Positions 24,500 to 38,191 of a stretch of DNA of 64,000 nucleotides are shown piece after piece. Position numbers and translations under genes: made by a program. Each line of letters starts with the position of its first letter. The stretch's first letter is position 1. Source of the stretch: Octopus vulgaris (lineage: Eukaryota); assembly GCA_951406725.2 (NCBI GenBank), contig OX597827.1, positions 6,200,001 to 6,264,000 of the forward strand. The letters are read 5' to 3'. Under the pieces are notes generated by a model. The model was not told the DNA's origin. It saw nothing but the letters and a program-made list of their open reading frames with translations, and searched no databases.

Positions 24500-25165
24500 T
24501 GTATTTCTTTATGTATGTACACACACACACAAACATACACATTTTCATATATTGCTATTTTGTGACTGTATATTCATATATATGTATAAAATCAACATGT
24601 CATAAGGAGAAAACAGTGTGTTAAAGACTTTTACAGAAGGTGACAGTCACCTTTTACCCCGTGTGTATGTATCTGTTTGTATGTTTTAGGTAATGGAAAA
24701 ATTATCTACCAACATCATCATAATGATCATGAAGCTAATAAGAGAGGCTTTTACATAGTCATTCAAATTGGGAGAAATAACCAGAAAATCTCTCTCAAAA
24801 ATAAAAAAAAAGTAAGAAATCAGTCATCAATTTTTAAAAAAATTGAAAGTACATTCAGTAACATGGTTCTATATAGACTGCATCTGAAAATAACTTGGGT
24901 TGGTCAGAATATGCCTTTGGACCTTAGGTGTGTCCCCTCGGTCAGGGATACCTGTGGCTAAACAATAGTAGCAATAAGCAGTAGCACAATCAATCTTTAC
25001 CGTGCTTTGTATCATGGTGATGAATAGTGCCAGCATCAGTCACAACAATAACAGAGTTAATAACAACAACAAAAGTAAACAAAAAATTCCTCAGACAAAT
25101 GAAAGCAGATAAAACAAACCATAATAACTACAGATAAAACTGTAACAAACTCTATGAGTAGTAGT

Positions 25166-25233
<68 letters not shown>

Positions 25234-25329
25234 AGAGCCAAAGCAAGTCTATTAACAACAAGAAAATTATGGTCAACAACAGTTAGGCTTAAATCTTTGA
25301 TGGAAATAACAGGAAAACAAAAGGTAAAA

Positions 25330-25396
<67 letters not shown>

Positions 25397-25859
25397 CATA
25401 CCACCTGTGAACTTATCATTTATACACCCTGCTGCCTCGATTCCTCCACCAAGCACAACCATCACCACCACCACCATCATATGGAGACCAGCACAAAGAT
25501 ACACCACTATCCCCCTACACCCCACCGCACCCTGACCCATTCCATCAAAGTTAAACATGTGGAATAGATTGATAAATTCATTAATGAAAAGTGAAGAAAT
25601 AAAATTATTCGGACGACCTAACTTGTTTGTTTATTCATATTTAATCAAAATTCTTTAATAAGTTTATTTTGTTTTATATCTTTGTTGTTTATTTTTTTTT
25701 TCAATATAATTATTTTCATGAGTTTTTTTTTTGTTTGTTTTTGTTTTAAATCTTCATTTTGGCTAATTATTCATAACACCTGTAACTGATATGTTGTTGT
25801 TGTTGTTGTTGTTGTTGTTAGTATTTTTTCCTTACTGTTATTATTACGACTAGCATCGA

Positions 25860-25904
<45 letters not shown>

Positions 25905-26041
25905 AGGAAATAAATTATATAATGCAATAACATATATACAAAACGAAAATATATACAAAAGAAAAAAACTAACAAAGGAACTAAATAATAATAATAATAA
26001 TGACAATGATAATAATAACGATAATGATGATGATAATGATG

Positions 26042-26073
<32 letters not shown>

Positions 26074-26819
26074 GATGAAAAATACAACAACAACAACAAC
26101 AATAATAATAGGCAACAACATTTCATAAACTGTCTGAATCCTTATTAAACAAAAATTAACTAAAAGTACCTCCAGACAGTGGGGTTTTATATACATCTTC
26201 ATTTCATAAATATATATACTTGTATAGGTATGTATGTGTATGTGCGTATATACATGTGTGTATATACTTAATATATTTGATTACTTTTGCTTTAGTTTTA
26301 TATTTTTCTTTTATATTTTGTTGTTTACTTTTTACACAGTTTGTTTTCTGTAATGAAAGTGTATTAAACAATTTTATATTTTCTTCTGTAATCTTAAATT
26401 AGAAAACAAGAACTACAGGTAAATTCTAATATTTGGGATGACAAAAAAAAAAGAAGAAAAGTATATACTTACAGCGTTACTACCAATTCCATATGAGAGT
26501 GTCATTACAAGAAATCTGTATCCGTGCATTGAGTTTCACACTCACTACTGCTGTTGTGTGACAGCTGTATAATATTTCTTGGTCTGTATTGAATTTGTGT
26601 ATGTAATGTCTGCTGCAGCCAATGACAGGCTTGTTAAGGTTCCCAAGGAAGGGAAACAGAAATGCAGTTGCCAACTGAGTTTAATGTACTTGAATACTGC
26701 TTAAGGGAAGATTCATTTACAATTCTATAAACATACAGCCAACACATATTTGTATGTATTTATGAAAATCCATTCGCTAGCTTATTGATATCTGAGGAAA
26801 GAAAGAAAAAAAGAATCTT

Positions 26820-27065
26820 TAAATATGTATGTATATATGTTTATATAAGTATGTGTATGCACATGAGTGTGTGTGCATGTGTGTATATATATGTGTGTGT
26901 ATGTGAGTCATATATACATATATATATATATATATGTATGTATATATATGTATATATATGTGTATATATAAATATATATATATTTATATATATATATATA
27001 TACACACATATATCTGTATATCTATATCTATATCTACATCTATATATATACATATATATATATGT

Positions 27066-27120
<55 letters not shown>

Positions 27121-27243
27121 GTAAGTATGTATGTATGTATATAGACACATATATGTATGTGCGTGTGAGTGTGTGTGTATATACACATATATTTATATAT
27201 CTATATATCTATACACACACACATATATATGTATGTATGTATA

Positions 27244-27318
<75 letters not shown>

Positions 27319-27376
27319 TTATATACATATACACATGTATATATGCATATATATATAAATATATATATATATATGT
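26820..27376. repeat. Compound (TA)n/(TG)n/(TATG)n microsatellite
   Basis: Direct inspection. Confidence 0.95.
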
Positions 27377-28634
27377 TTAGAAGCAGATGTTTGTTAGATA
27401 GTTCTGACAATAAATAAATAAAACAATTCCTAAAAAAATTTTCTTATTCCTGTTGAAAAGAGGTAATTTGTTGGTTTTAACAATAACTTATTCCTAAAAT
27501 ATATGCTGCTACAGTCTCTCTCTTTCCTTCTTCCCTCTTTTTTTATGCCATTATAATCAATAAACATATATAGACAAAAATGAGGAATATTGGGATGCAA
27601 AGTCCCCAAGTTATCTGTTTGGATATCTTTCTTGTAATCTGTATTATTGTCCAGTGTTTGCTGATATATTTCTCAGTATGAAAGATCAATATTTTGCATG
27701 AAGTTTATTGATTATCATCACCATGAAATAAATAAAAGACCATATTTTTTTTATGTTTACTTTTGTATTTTATTTTTTAAAGATTTGTGTTGTTCCTTGA
27801 TATGGCTTTCAAATAATTTTTGGATTTCTGTTGGTGACAAGAAAAACTCATGAGATTAGTAAGATGATAAAAAGGATATCTACATCATCACACCATTATA
27901 CAACAGCTTTGTTGGATAGCAAATTGAAAGATATAAATGAAAATTGCTCTATCCTCTTAAACGATATTGATTCCTGGTACATATTCCTATTCTTAATTGG
28001 TCCAAGAGTATTGGTTAGAATTAATGGCATTTATTTATTTTTTGTTAATTCTGTGTTTGAAATAAATCTAAAACAGTGATAATAAATATGAATTATTTCC
28101 TCAAAAATATATGACAGCTTGAAAGTTGTCATTAATCTAATGGCATATAAGATTTAACCAACACAACTTGGAACAGTTCTGAAGATATTTGCTTCAAAAT
28201 TCCCAATCTCATTCTTTTAATTTTTTTGCGGATGCATATAAATATTCATAAGGTTTGCTTTAATAGGTTTAGTTAATTAGCTAACAGGTTTTGCTTTAAA
28301 TTTGTTAAAATATTCAAAATTTATTTGCAGTTTAAACAAATTGATACCAATTTTGTAATTTTTTAGTTTTTGAAATCATAGTTCGTTATCAAAATGAAAA
28401 CAAAAACTAAAAACAAAAAAGAAACAAAAAACAAAACAATATGAGCCACACAAGCTTAATACCATTTCTTTAAGTAGTCAATAAATAACTTGGAAGACAC
28501 AATATACTTATGAATCAATAACTTAACTCTTCCCAGTTTAAAATTAATAAACACTTTGATTTTTATATTGTCTCACTATTTTTGAAATTCCAATAGCATT
28601 AAAGCAAGATTAAAAGCAAGTATATAATCTATCT

Positions 28635-29045
28635 TTAATCTTTTACGTGTTTCAGTCATTGAATCAGGGCAATGCTGAGGCACCACCTTGAAGGGTTTAG
28701 CTAAACAAATCAATCCCAGTTCTCATTTTAAGATTTGGTACATATTTTATTGGTGTCTTTTGCTGAACTGCAAAGATACAGTGGGATATATAAACCAGTA
28801 CTGGTTTCTCTCTCTCTCTCTCTCTCACACATACACACACACACATGCAAACTAATATGCGTATGTGTATGCATGTGTGCAACAGGCTTCCTTACAGTTT
28901 CTGTTTATGACATTTACTCACAAAGTATTGGTCATACTGTGACTATAGTAGAAGACACCTGTCCAAGGTGCTGTGTTGTGGGACTAAACCAGAAAGCAAG
29001 TCGTTGCAAAACAAGCTTCTTAACCACAGAGCCATGCCTGTGTCT
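28635..29045 (-). mobile_element. SINE family A, old diverged copy
   Basis: TTTCAGTCATT...CACCACCTTGAAGG...ATAGTAGAAGACACCTGTCCAAGGTG...ACCACAGAGCCATGCCTG. Confidence 0.75.
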
Positions 29046-29217
29046 ATGATATTTGTAAAATGCCAAAACATGCGGAGAAAGAAACCTCCAAAGTAAGTAC
29101 ACTTAATGTCAACATGCGTATAATAGATGGGAACTCTCAGTGGTCCATGTCCTCCATCAGGCAATTCTGATTTCCAATCAATATTTTAAAACTTTACTTA
29201 CATTACAAATGATTTTA

Positions 29218-29592
29218 TTATTACTTCTGCCTTAACGAAGGCAGTGGTATTGTTTTCATTTGTATTTGTTTGTTTGTTTGTCTGTGGACCAGATATCTCA
29301 AGAACCGCAGGATGGATTCGGATGAAACTTTCAGGGATGCTTGGCCTCATGACTGGCACAAACTGATTAGATTTGGGGGTCGATCTGGTACTGGACAAGG
29401 ATTCTGGATTATTTTTCTGATTTTTCTGCTTAATTTTTGAGAGCAGTCAAGTTCATTTTTAGTATTCTCATTTGTGAGAGCAGTCGAGTTTATTTCATAT
29501 ATTCCCATTCTAAAAATCATCTCTGGATAATCGTTGAGAGGACATTGGTGTTGCCTTGGTGGAGTTTTGTGCTCTCTGAGTGATCTTGTTAT
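29218..29592 (+). mobile_element. Non-autonomous Helentron/DINE-like element
   Basis: 5' TTATTACTTCTGCC sub-terminal repeat, (GTTT)n GTCTGT microsatellite, GATATCTCAAGAAC...GATGAAACTTTCAGG core, 3' TTGGTGGAGT inverted partner followed by a short hairpin-like GCTCTCTGAGTG. T-rich flanks. Confidence 0.7.
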
Positions 29593-29611
29593 TAATATTA
29601 TTAAACAGAAT

Positions 29612-30710
29612 AAGGCTGTGAGCTGGCAGAATTGTTAGCATGCTAGGCAAAAAACTTGACAGCATTCCAGCCATCCAGTTCTGAGTTCAAATTCTGCCAT
29701 GGCTGACTTTGCTTTTCAGCCTTTCCGGGTTAATAAAATAAGTACGAAATGATCCCTGAGGTCAATGCAATCAACATACTCCCACCCCAAAGCTGCTGGC
29801 CTTGTGCCAAAATTTGAAATCATTATTTATATTATTATACAGAATAAGAAAGCGAGCTGGCAGAATAGTTAGCATGCTTGGTGGTATTCCATCTGTGTTT
29901 AAGTTCTGAGTTCAAATTCTGCCAAGGTCAGCTTTGCCTTTCATCTTTTCAGGGTTGATAAAATGAGTACCAGTTGGGCACTGGGGTTGATCTAATCATC
30001 TTAACCACTTACTCAAAATTTGTGGCTTCGTGACAAAATTTGAAACCAATACTATTAGGCAGAATTGGTTGAGCATTTGACAAAATGCCATGTGGCAATT
30101 GTTACAGATCTTTATTTCTGAGTTCAAGTCCCATCAAGGCCAACTTTATCGCTCATCACCTGTGATGTACTGGGGTCTACTTACTTGAAAAATGCTGGTC
30201 TTATGTCTAAATCAGAAATAATTATCAAGGTGGTGAACATGTGGAATTGTTAGAGCAACAGAGAAATATAACAAAATGCTGTGCAGTATCTGTTCTACTT
30301 CTTTATTTTATGACTTTCAATCATGCTAAGATCAACTTCGCTCTTTATTTTTGCATGGTCAATAAAATGAAGTACCAGTCAAGTAATGGGGTCAATGTTA
30401 TTGACTAAGCCCCTTCTCTTAAGATTTCTGGCCTTGTGCGAAAATTGAAAACTAGTGTTACTATTGTTGGTGTTGTTATTATATGCTAGGTGGCAAGCTA
30501 GCAGAATTGTTAGCACATTGGGCAAAATGCTTAGTAGCATTTCATCGGTCTTTACATTCCGAGTTCAAATTCTGCCAAGGTTGACTTTGCCTTTCATCCT
30601 TTCGGGGTCGATAGATTAAGCACCAATGAAACACTGGGGTTGATGTAATCGGCTATCCCCCTCACCCAAAATTTCAGGCTTTGTGCCTATAGTAGAAAGG
30701 ATTATTATTA
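29612..30710 (+). mobile_element. Head-to-tail cluster of five SINE B copies (alternative tail GGCCTTGTGCC...(ATT)n)
   Basis: Units start at about 29612, 29850, 30058, 30226 and 30487. Most have GAGTTCAA and CTTTGCCTTTCATC-like motifs, and each ends in an ATT-rich tail. Confidence 0.85.
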
Positions 30711-30729
30711 ATATAAGCTAACTTACTTA

Positions 30730-30995
30730 GCAGGGATAATGTCTTGAGGTTTGGTGAAAACAAGTCTCCTCAAATCTCAATAGTCTTTCTTAGGATATTT
30801 TCAGAATACAGGATTGCATCTTCTTGAATGCTGTCTAAATTCCAGTATCCTTCAGATTCAGACTTTTGGTAGTAGTTTAAGTATTCTATTAAGTGCACCA
30901 TTTACCACAGGAGTAATTGTCACCTTAATGTTCCACAATCTCTTCATCTCTCTGGCTAGGTCCTACATTATTTCAATCTTTTTTACATTTTTTTA
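30730..30995 (-). mobile_element. 3' fragment of an REL-endonuclease (R4/Dong-like) non-LTR retrotransposon
   Basis: Minus translation DLAREMKRLWNIKVTITPVVNGAL...IQEDAILYSENILRKTIEI*, the typical R4-type C-terminus. Confidence 0.7.
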
Positions 30996-31039
30996 GAACC
31001 TTGCACAGTTAAGGTATTACTGCTGAAATCATCCAAACA

Positions 31040-31300
31040 ACAAGGTGGATCCACTAATTGGTGAACCAGAAAGTTACTCAATGCCTGGACTGTTTGACAT
31101 TCTTAGAAAGGAGATTCCACATTATGTCCCCGTGTGATTTTGGTATCTTTGGTTTGAAAAAATTCAAATCCTAAATGGAGTCATGCGGACTCAATGTTCA
31201 TAATAAAGGTAAATATTTTACAATTTCCTGCTTTTTTCCTTTTGCAACATATCACAAGTCTTTTGTGATAGGAAAAAGTCTGCCCAACTGATTTTACACT
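31040..31300 (+). mobile_element. Possible decayed Tc1/mariner transposase fragment
   Basis: SPCDFGIFGLKK resembles the mariner (S)PDLAPCDFxLF motif. Short and degraded. Confidence 0.35.
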
Positions 31301-31433
31301 TAAAAGCATTTTAAATGTGACCCTCTTCTCTCCCTTTTCTAGAACCTTCCTTTTTTGAAAGAGTAGGATGTGATTTGAGAAATATTGAGCTTCTATTTTT
31401 AACAGATTTGATGACTACATAGCTTTCTCATTG

Positions 31434-31761
31434 TGAGGGCGCGTGGCTTAGTGGTTAGGGCATTCGGCTCATGATCGTAAGGTTGTGAGTTCGATTCCCG
31501 GCGACGCGTTGTGTCCTTGAGCAAGACACTTTATTTCACGTTGCTCCAGTCCACTCAGCTGGCAAAAATGAGTTGTACTTGTATTTCAAAGGGTCAGCCT
31601 TGTCACTCTCTGTGTCACGCTGATTATCCCCGAGAACTACGTTAAGGGTACACGTGTCTGTGGAATGCTCAGCCATTTGCACGTTAATTTCACGAGCAAG
31701 CTGTTCCGTTGATCATATCAGCTGGGACCCTCGTCGTCGTAACCGGCGGAGTCTTTTTTTT
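31434..31761 (+). mobile_element. SINE family D, young full-length copy with 14-bp TSD and oligo-T tail
   Basis: TSD TAGCTTTCTCATTG at 31420-31433 and 31762-31775. A-box TGGCTTAGTGG and B-box GTTCGATTCC. CpG-rich. Ends in a T run. Confidence 0.92.
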
Positions 31762-32785
31762 TAGCTTTCTCATTGCTGAAGACATTTTTCATATCGTGTA
31801 TCTTGGACGATTCCCTTCATCTCCAGAATATGCCAGCTGGAGGAAATGAACCGTGCATTGCTAGCTTACAGTGAAACAACTGCATAGAACGGTGGGATGT
31901 TTGTTCTTTATTGTACTCATTTTTTTATATATCTTTATTACTTAATCAGAGGAGACAGAGCAATATCTATCACATTTTCTGTAAGACTGCCAAGAGTGGT
32001 GGAGAAAGGGAAGGAAAAAACCCTATAATTCATTCTTGATTCAGAAGTCGGCAGCACATCAAGATATCAGGATTTCCTCAGACTTAGGATTTGCCCTGAA
32101 TGATTGCTAAAGTATGATGGAGAGAATAACTTGTGTTATTTGTTCTCACACTTTGTATTCTGAGTTCAAATATTGCTGAGATCAACTTTGCTGTTTAACC
32201 TTTCAAGATTAACAAAAATGTACCAATCTCAGAATAGTTGGTTAGTGGAACTGTTAAGACAAACAGCCAAGATGCTTTACAGTATCTTCTCCAGGGCTTT
32301 GTATTCTAGCAGCAATGTATGCAACAAAATTGGTATCAAGCTGCATTGGCTCAAATCTGTAACCTTTGCCTTTAATAAATATCAGTGGCCTGGTGAGAGG
32401 AGAACTGTATGCAAGGACAACTACCAGTCTTCTCTAAAAATCTTACCCAGGCATGCACATAGGGGTGCAGAAGCATAGTCACATTTAACTGGTAGACAAC
32501 TCTTCTCATACATGCATACAAACATATACATTCCCCCCACTACTCACAACAGCTATTCCTGCATATTTCTAACATCCATCTCTATCCCTGTGCATATCTC
32601 TTTCCAGTCCCTCCACTTCCTTACCCAGCACATCATCACCCCATTTTCTGATCTATCTACATGTTTGTTATACTGCAACTCTCCTATTGACCACATCTGC
32701 ACCCTAGTTCCATTCACTGCATTCACTTCTACACCATTTTTAACAATCTGTCACTCTCCTTTCAAACTCTGATGAACTTATAAAT

Positions 32786-32957
32786 AATAATAATAATGAA
32801 ATTATTGTATACAGTGCTCAGGTGCACCACAACTTGTCAGAAAGTGCATATAAAGTACATACAGTAATGTAAAAATGTCTGGAAAGCGAACAATGTATGA
32901 GTCAGATACATGCTTGTGTGTGTATGGAGGGGAGAAAATCAGGTGTAGTGTTGGCAC
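32786..32957 (-). mobile_element. Probable LINE 3'-end fragment with (ATT)n tail
   Basis: Minus strand ends GTGCACCTGAGCACTGTATACAATAATTTCATTATTATTATT, resembling L2/CR1-type tails. Confidence 0.5.
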
Positions 32958-33476
32958 TCTTTCAAATTCCTTGTTTACTTTCTCTTTTACAATCATCTTC
33001 TTCTGCCTCAAGCACACGCTCTGACTCCTCTTCGCCACCATCATTTTCTTCTTTCTAGTTACTCCCATCCTTACACAATGCTGAGTAGCCATGTATCTTC
33101 TCTATAGCAAGATGCTTTTGTTACATTTTAGCCCATCAACATCTGGCATAACACCATTGCCCTCTTTACCAAAGCACTGCTCAGTTAAAGGGTCGATTTC
33201 TTTGTCTTGAAACTCACTTAGTAACTATACTAGTGCTTGCGTCATGAACAAAAAAAACACTCAGTGCACTTGTAAAATGGTTGACATTAGCTGATATAGA
33301 AACCAGGCAAACAGGATTTTAGAACTCAACACATTCCTCCAGGTCAGTGGATCATTAAACTGCTCGACCCATGCCAGTATGGAAGATGGACATTAAATGA
33401 TGGGGATGCTGCCACTGCCTACGATGACTAAGACATCGTCACAGCTGCCGCCACCACTGATGATGGTAACAACAAG

Positions 33477-33553
<77 letters not shown>

Positions 33554-33749
33554 GTGGTGATGGTGATGGTGATGATGATGGTGATGGTGATGATGATGAT
33601 GATGATGATGATGATGGTGATGGTGATGATGATGGTGATGGTGATGGTGATGATGATGATGATGATGATGGTGATGGTGATGATGATGGTGATGGTGATG
33701 GTGATGATGATGATGATGATGATGGTGATGGTGATGATGATGGTGATGG

Positions 33750-33801
<52 letters not shown>

Positions 33802-33833
33802 GATGATGATGGTGATGGTGATGATGATGATGG
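33477..33833. repeat. (GAT)n/(GGT) microsatellite with higher-order periodicity, downstream of an old SINE-C tail
   Basis: Direct inspection. Preceded by ACCCATGCCAGTATGGAAGATGGACATTAAATGATG at 33368-33402. Confidence 0.9.
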
Positions 33834-34939
33834 TATGTGTAAGTGTAAAGACTACTTAATGCAATGTGTCCTCCTTTTCACAGATGTTAAGGTAGGATCT
33901 GAGGATGAACTCAGCTGCTATTTCTTCCAAGCTGCACAATCACTTAGAAAAACTCCCATATATTGTGTAATAATGTGTAGCAAATGAAGTAATAGATTTA
34001 TTTGGTCTGCTGTAATATTACATACAGTAGAGCGCAGCATAATATAATGGAATTTGCTATGAGAAGAAGACATATCTTAATGTCCAAGTTTACACAGTAA
34101 AGTATGATAACACATGGTATGTAGAATGGTTTGGTAGGAATGTTTAAATTAGCTGTCACTGGTAATGGAAGACTTTGATAAGACTGATTTTTGTATTTAC
34201 ACCACTGATTGATTCTGCAACGTTAGAGGATTTAACTAGATGAGATTGATGTAGATTTGATCTGGCTTTACTACAATGAAGTGTTAATTTGTACTTTTGT
34301 GTATTCACATGAAGACTAGCATTTGGCTGAATAAGATATGCTAAGATTTTTTGAGAATCTCCATTACAGAATTAAAGAAGATTTATAATGGCACAAACAC
34401 CAGTATACTAGTAACGAGAACTAGGAAAATTTAATTAAATACATGCTTTGAAAGTGTTATTTAATTATTTATTTATTTATTACTATTATCTTTTGTTTGT
34501 TTTTGTGTGTTAGAGGAAATATTTTTGAATTAGTCTACTGATTTTAAAATTTAAATCAGGCATGATATTGAATAGAAAGACTTTCAATTGCAAACATTCA
34601 GTTTAATGTGAAACGAAATCAACAGCATACTAAGTTTCAGATTACGATAAGTGACAGATGACAAAATTCCTCTTTCATAATTAAATCCTTAAATATTTTC
34701 CATGACAGGCTTCTTTTTTTTTGCAAATTGATTAAGAAGGAAATTAATATTTCTGCCATGATACAATATACATGATATTGATATAGACTGGGATAAATGC
34801 AATTCTAAATGTGTTTCTAAAATTGAGAAGATTCTATCTTAGATAACAGCTTTCATATGTTACCAGATAGAATACTGGAATACTACAATTTTATGTGCAT
34901 AGCTCTAAGCAAAATTAAAAGCAAATACATATATATATT

Positions 34940-34985
<46 letters not shown>

Positions 34986-35001
34986 TGTATATGTATATGT
35001 G

Positions 35002-35059
<58 letters not shown>

Positions 35060-35165
35060 TGTGTGTATCTGTTCATGTATGCACATATATATGTATATGT
35101 TCATGTGAATATGCAAATATGATATGTGTATACTACATATAAAGATATGCATATACGTACATGTC

Positions 35166-35209
<44 letters not shown>

Positions 35210-35273
35210 TGTGTGTGCCTGTGTGTCTGTCGCCATATATATATATATGTATGCATATGTATATGTATGTATA

Positions 35274-35330
<57 letters not shown>

Positions 35331-36070
35331 ATATATATATATATGTTTCTATGTTTGAAAGTGTGTGTGTGTGTGTGTGTGTGTGTAGATGGATGTTAAG
35401 AGAGAGAGAGACGTGTGCATGGGATGGAAGTGGGTGTAGGGACAAGGACAGAGATGCGTACATTGATAAATACAGAAATAGATGTGGTATACATATAAAT
35501 GTAATTTGCATGTGTTTGTTCCTGTTCACTTCTCTGTGAAATATTGGATGACAAATACCACATGATGTAGCCGTTTTACATTTAGACTTGAAGCAGAAGA
35601 ATTAGATTTGATAGATATCCCAAATTTTGCTTTGTTTTTGTTTTTTTTTTTTTTTTGTCTTTTTTTTGTTTTTCTTTTCAAGCATATATACCCTGTTATT
35701 CCCAGACCATTTATTGCATTTATTGTTGTATAGAAAATGATTGGCAATGATTTCAAATAATATTCTCACGGAGTATTATTATTGTCATTGTTGTTGTTGC
35801 TATTATTACTATTATTACAATTATTATTATCATCAACATCATCATCATCACCATCATAATTATTATTATTATTATTACTATGATGATGATGATAATGATG
35901 CTGATGATCATGATCATCATTATCATCATCACCATCACCATCACCATCACCATTATTTGTCTCTTAATGAAAATTTTTCAAAAATAGGAAAACTCTTGCA
36001 TGTTTCACTTAAGGAAAATTGAAAAATTAGAATAATGTGTGTGTATATACATACGTATATACTTATGTAC

Positions 36071-36115
<45 letters not shown>

Positions 36116-36767
36116 TATATGAATATATGTATATTTATGTACACATATATATATATATGTACATATATATGTATGTGTATATGTCTATATATACATGTAT
36201 ATGTAAACATACATACATATTATATATATGCATCTACTATTGTCATCTTCCACAGATTTCAGTGATTAGGCTGTTGTCATAGAAGAAGCACCACTTTAAA
36301 GGATCTTAGTCCATCATATTGATTTCGATACTTATCTCTATCTGGTAATTATTTCATGAAACTCTCATTGTTAGAGTGCTAAGTTGAAGAACATAGAGGG
36401 ACACAACTTCAACAATAACACCAATTTCATATCATCTTCATCTTCATCACCATCATCATCATAATCATCAGTAGCAGTAACAGCAGCATCGTCATCATTG
36501 ATCTTCATCATTGATTTAGCATCCACTATTCCATGGATTTGATGGAATACATTGAGGCAGATTTTCTTCAGCAGGATGCCCTTCCTGTCACCAACCTTCA
36601 TCTGTTTCCAAGAAGTGAGTATTTTTCTGTGGCTAAACATGTTTTTTTTCAGAACATTGGAAATGAATGACACTGCTTGTATGACAGTGACACTCATTTA
36701 CATCTACCATGTAATGTCAAGACAAGGGAGCAAAAACACATGCACACACACTTACACTCTCACACAC

Positions 36768-36798
<31 letters not shown>

Positions 36799-36829
36799 TG
36801 CACACACACACACACTCACTCACACACAA

Positions 36830-36982
36830 ATGTGTGGGTACTGAAAAGTTCATGGCTTTGAGGGTCTCACAAAAAGCCTGGTTGGAGACCCAAATGTCTG
36901 AGTTCTTTTACAGTGCTTAGATAAACAGAAGGACAGCTGCAGTAAATGTTTGAATCTGAGAGGGGAGAATATATCGAGTAAT
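36830..36982 (+). mobile_element. Mariner-derived MITE, left part
   Basis: TIR-like GTGGGTACTGAAAAGTTCATGGC. The complementary right end (GAACTTTTCAGTACCTCCACGTA) is in a second copy at 39182-39296. Confidence 0.6.
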
Positions 36983-37251
36983 GGATCTTCACATGGAGAA
37001 TTTGTGTCAACTCTTGACGGTGGTGCAACGTCTGTTGTGACTGTACAGCCCCACATGGGAGTCGGTGTCTCACATGTACTACCAACTGCATTGGAAGAAG
37101 CACCAGTCTGAGCTACTGCTGTTTTCTTTCTTGGCACGTGCTTTTCTTATATGCAAGTACCTATCTATCTATCTATCTATTTATCTACCTACCTACCTAC
37201 GTATCTATCTATATATCTATCTATCTATCTATCTATCTATCAATCTATCAA

Positions 37252-37322
<71 letters not shown>

Positions 37323-37347
37323 GTGTGCGTATGAGTGTGTGTGTGAA

Positions 37348-37612
37348 GGTACATCACTCAGTGGTTAGATTGTTGAGCTTACAGTTGTGAGGTAGTGAGT
37401 TCGATTCCCGGACTGGGCTGCGTGTTTTGTTCTTCAGCAAGACACTTTATTTCACATCGCTCCAGTTCACTCAGTTATAGAAATGAGTTGTGACGTCATT
37501 GGACGCAACATTGGTGGCATGGAGCAAGGAGACTTGTTTGCATGGGTCACTGCTGATCTTCCACAAACAACCTTGCCTGGACAATGTGCCTCAGAAGAGA
37601 ACTTTCTTATTC
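37348..37612 (+). mobile_element. SINE D-related copy with a different 3' body
   Basis: GTGAGTTCGATTCCCGG...GCAAGACACTTTATTTCACATCGCTCCAGTTCACTCAG, then sequence unlike that after 31575. Confidence 0.75.
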
Positions 37613-37664
37613 ATGATTGAAGGATGTATCTACTCTTTATATCATACATGCATCCTATCAAAAC

Positions 37665-38100
37665 TTCTGTCAGGTGATATTGTTATTTGGATCAGACAAG
37701 AAAATGCATGTACTGTTACAGATATCACCTGTGCTGTTGATGATATGTACCTGTTTTAGAAGATCAAAGAAAAAGAGAAGAACTATGGACAACAGTTTCT
37801 AAAACTCCAGCTTCTACATCCATATTATGAATTCACATTCGTACCATTAATAATTGGTGCATTTGGATTTGTGAGTAAATACCTAAATCAAGAGAAGCTA
37901 AGGGTTTTCAGAAAAAGAAGCCAACTAGCTAATCCTCACACTACAAATTGCAATCAGTATGCAGAACAATAAAGATGTGTAAAACTTTACTCAAATTTGA
38001 AATGTGAATTTGTTTTTGTTATCTACTTTCTAACATCATTACTTTATATATTTCTTAGAAACCAGCACCTTCCACAGAGGAAGATATCAAATAAAAATGT
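37665..38100 (+). mobile_element. 3' fragment of an REL-endonuclease non-LTR retrotransposon
   Basis: GDIVIWIRQENACTVTDITCAVD...KEKEKNYG...LQLLHPYYEFTFVPLIIGAFG (PD..D/E..K-type REL domain). Same family as 60688-61072. Confidence 0.75.
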
Positions 38101-38191
38101 AAGAGAACACAAATACATACATATATACCCACATATGTGTGTGTTTATGAATAAAGCATTTCACCTGGCTGGCTAAGGACATGTAAATAAT

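Noticed and set aside
31436-31505. tRNA-like sequence with CAT in the anticodon-like loop
   Set aside because: No proper acceptor stem. It is the head of SINE D, continuous with the body and bounded by a TSD.
33397-33987. 196-aa Asp/Gly-rich ORF resembling an acidic biomineralisation protein
   Set aside because: It starts in a SINE-C tail, its body is a (GAT/GGT)n repeat, and its C-terminus runs into a degenerate family E repeat.
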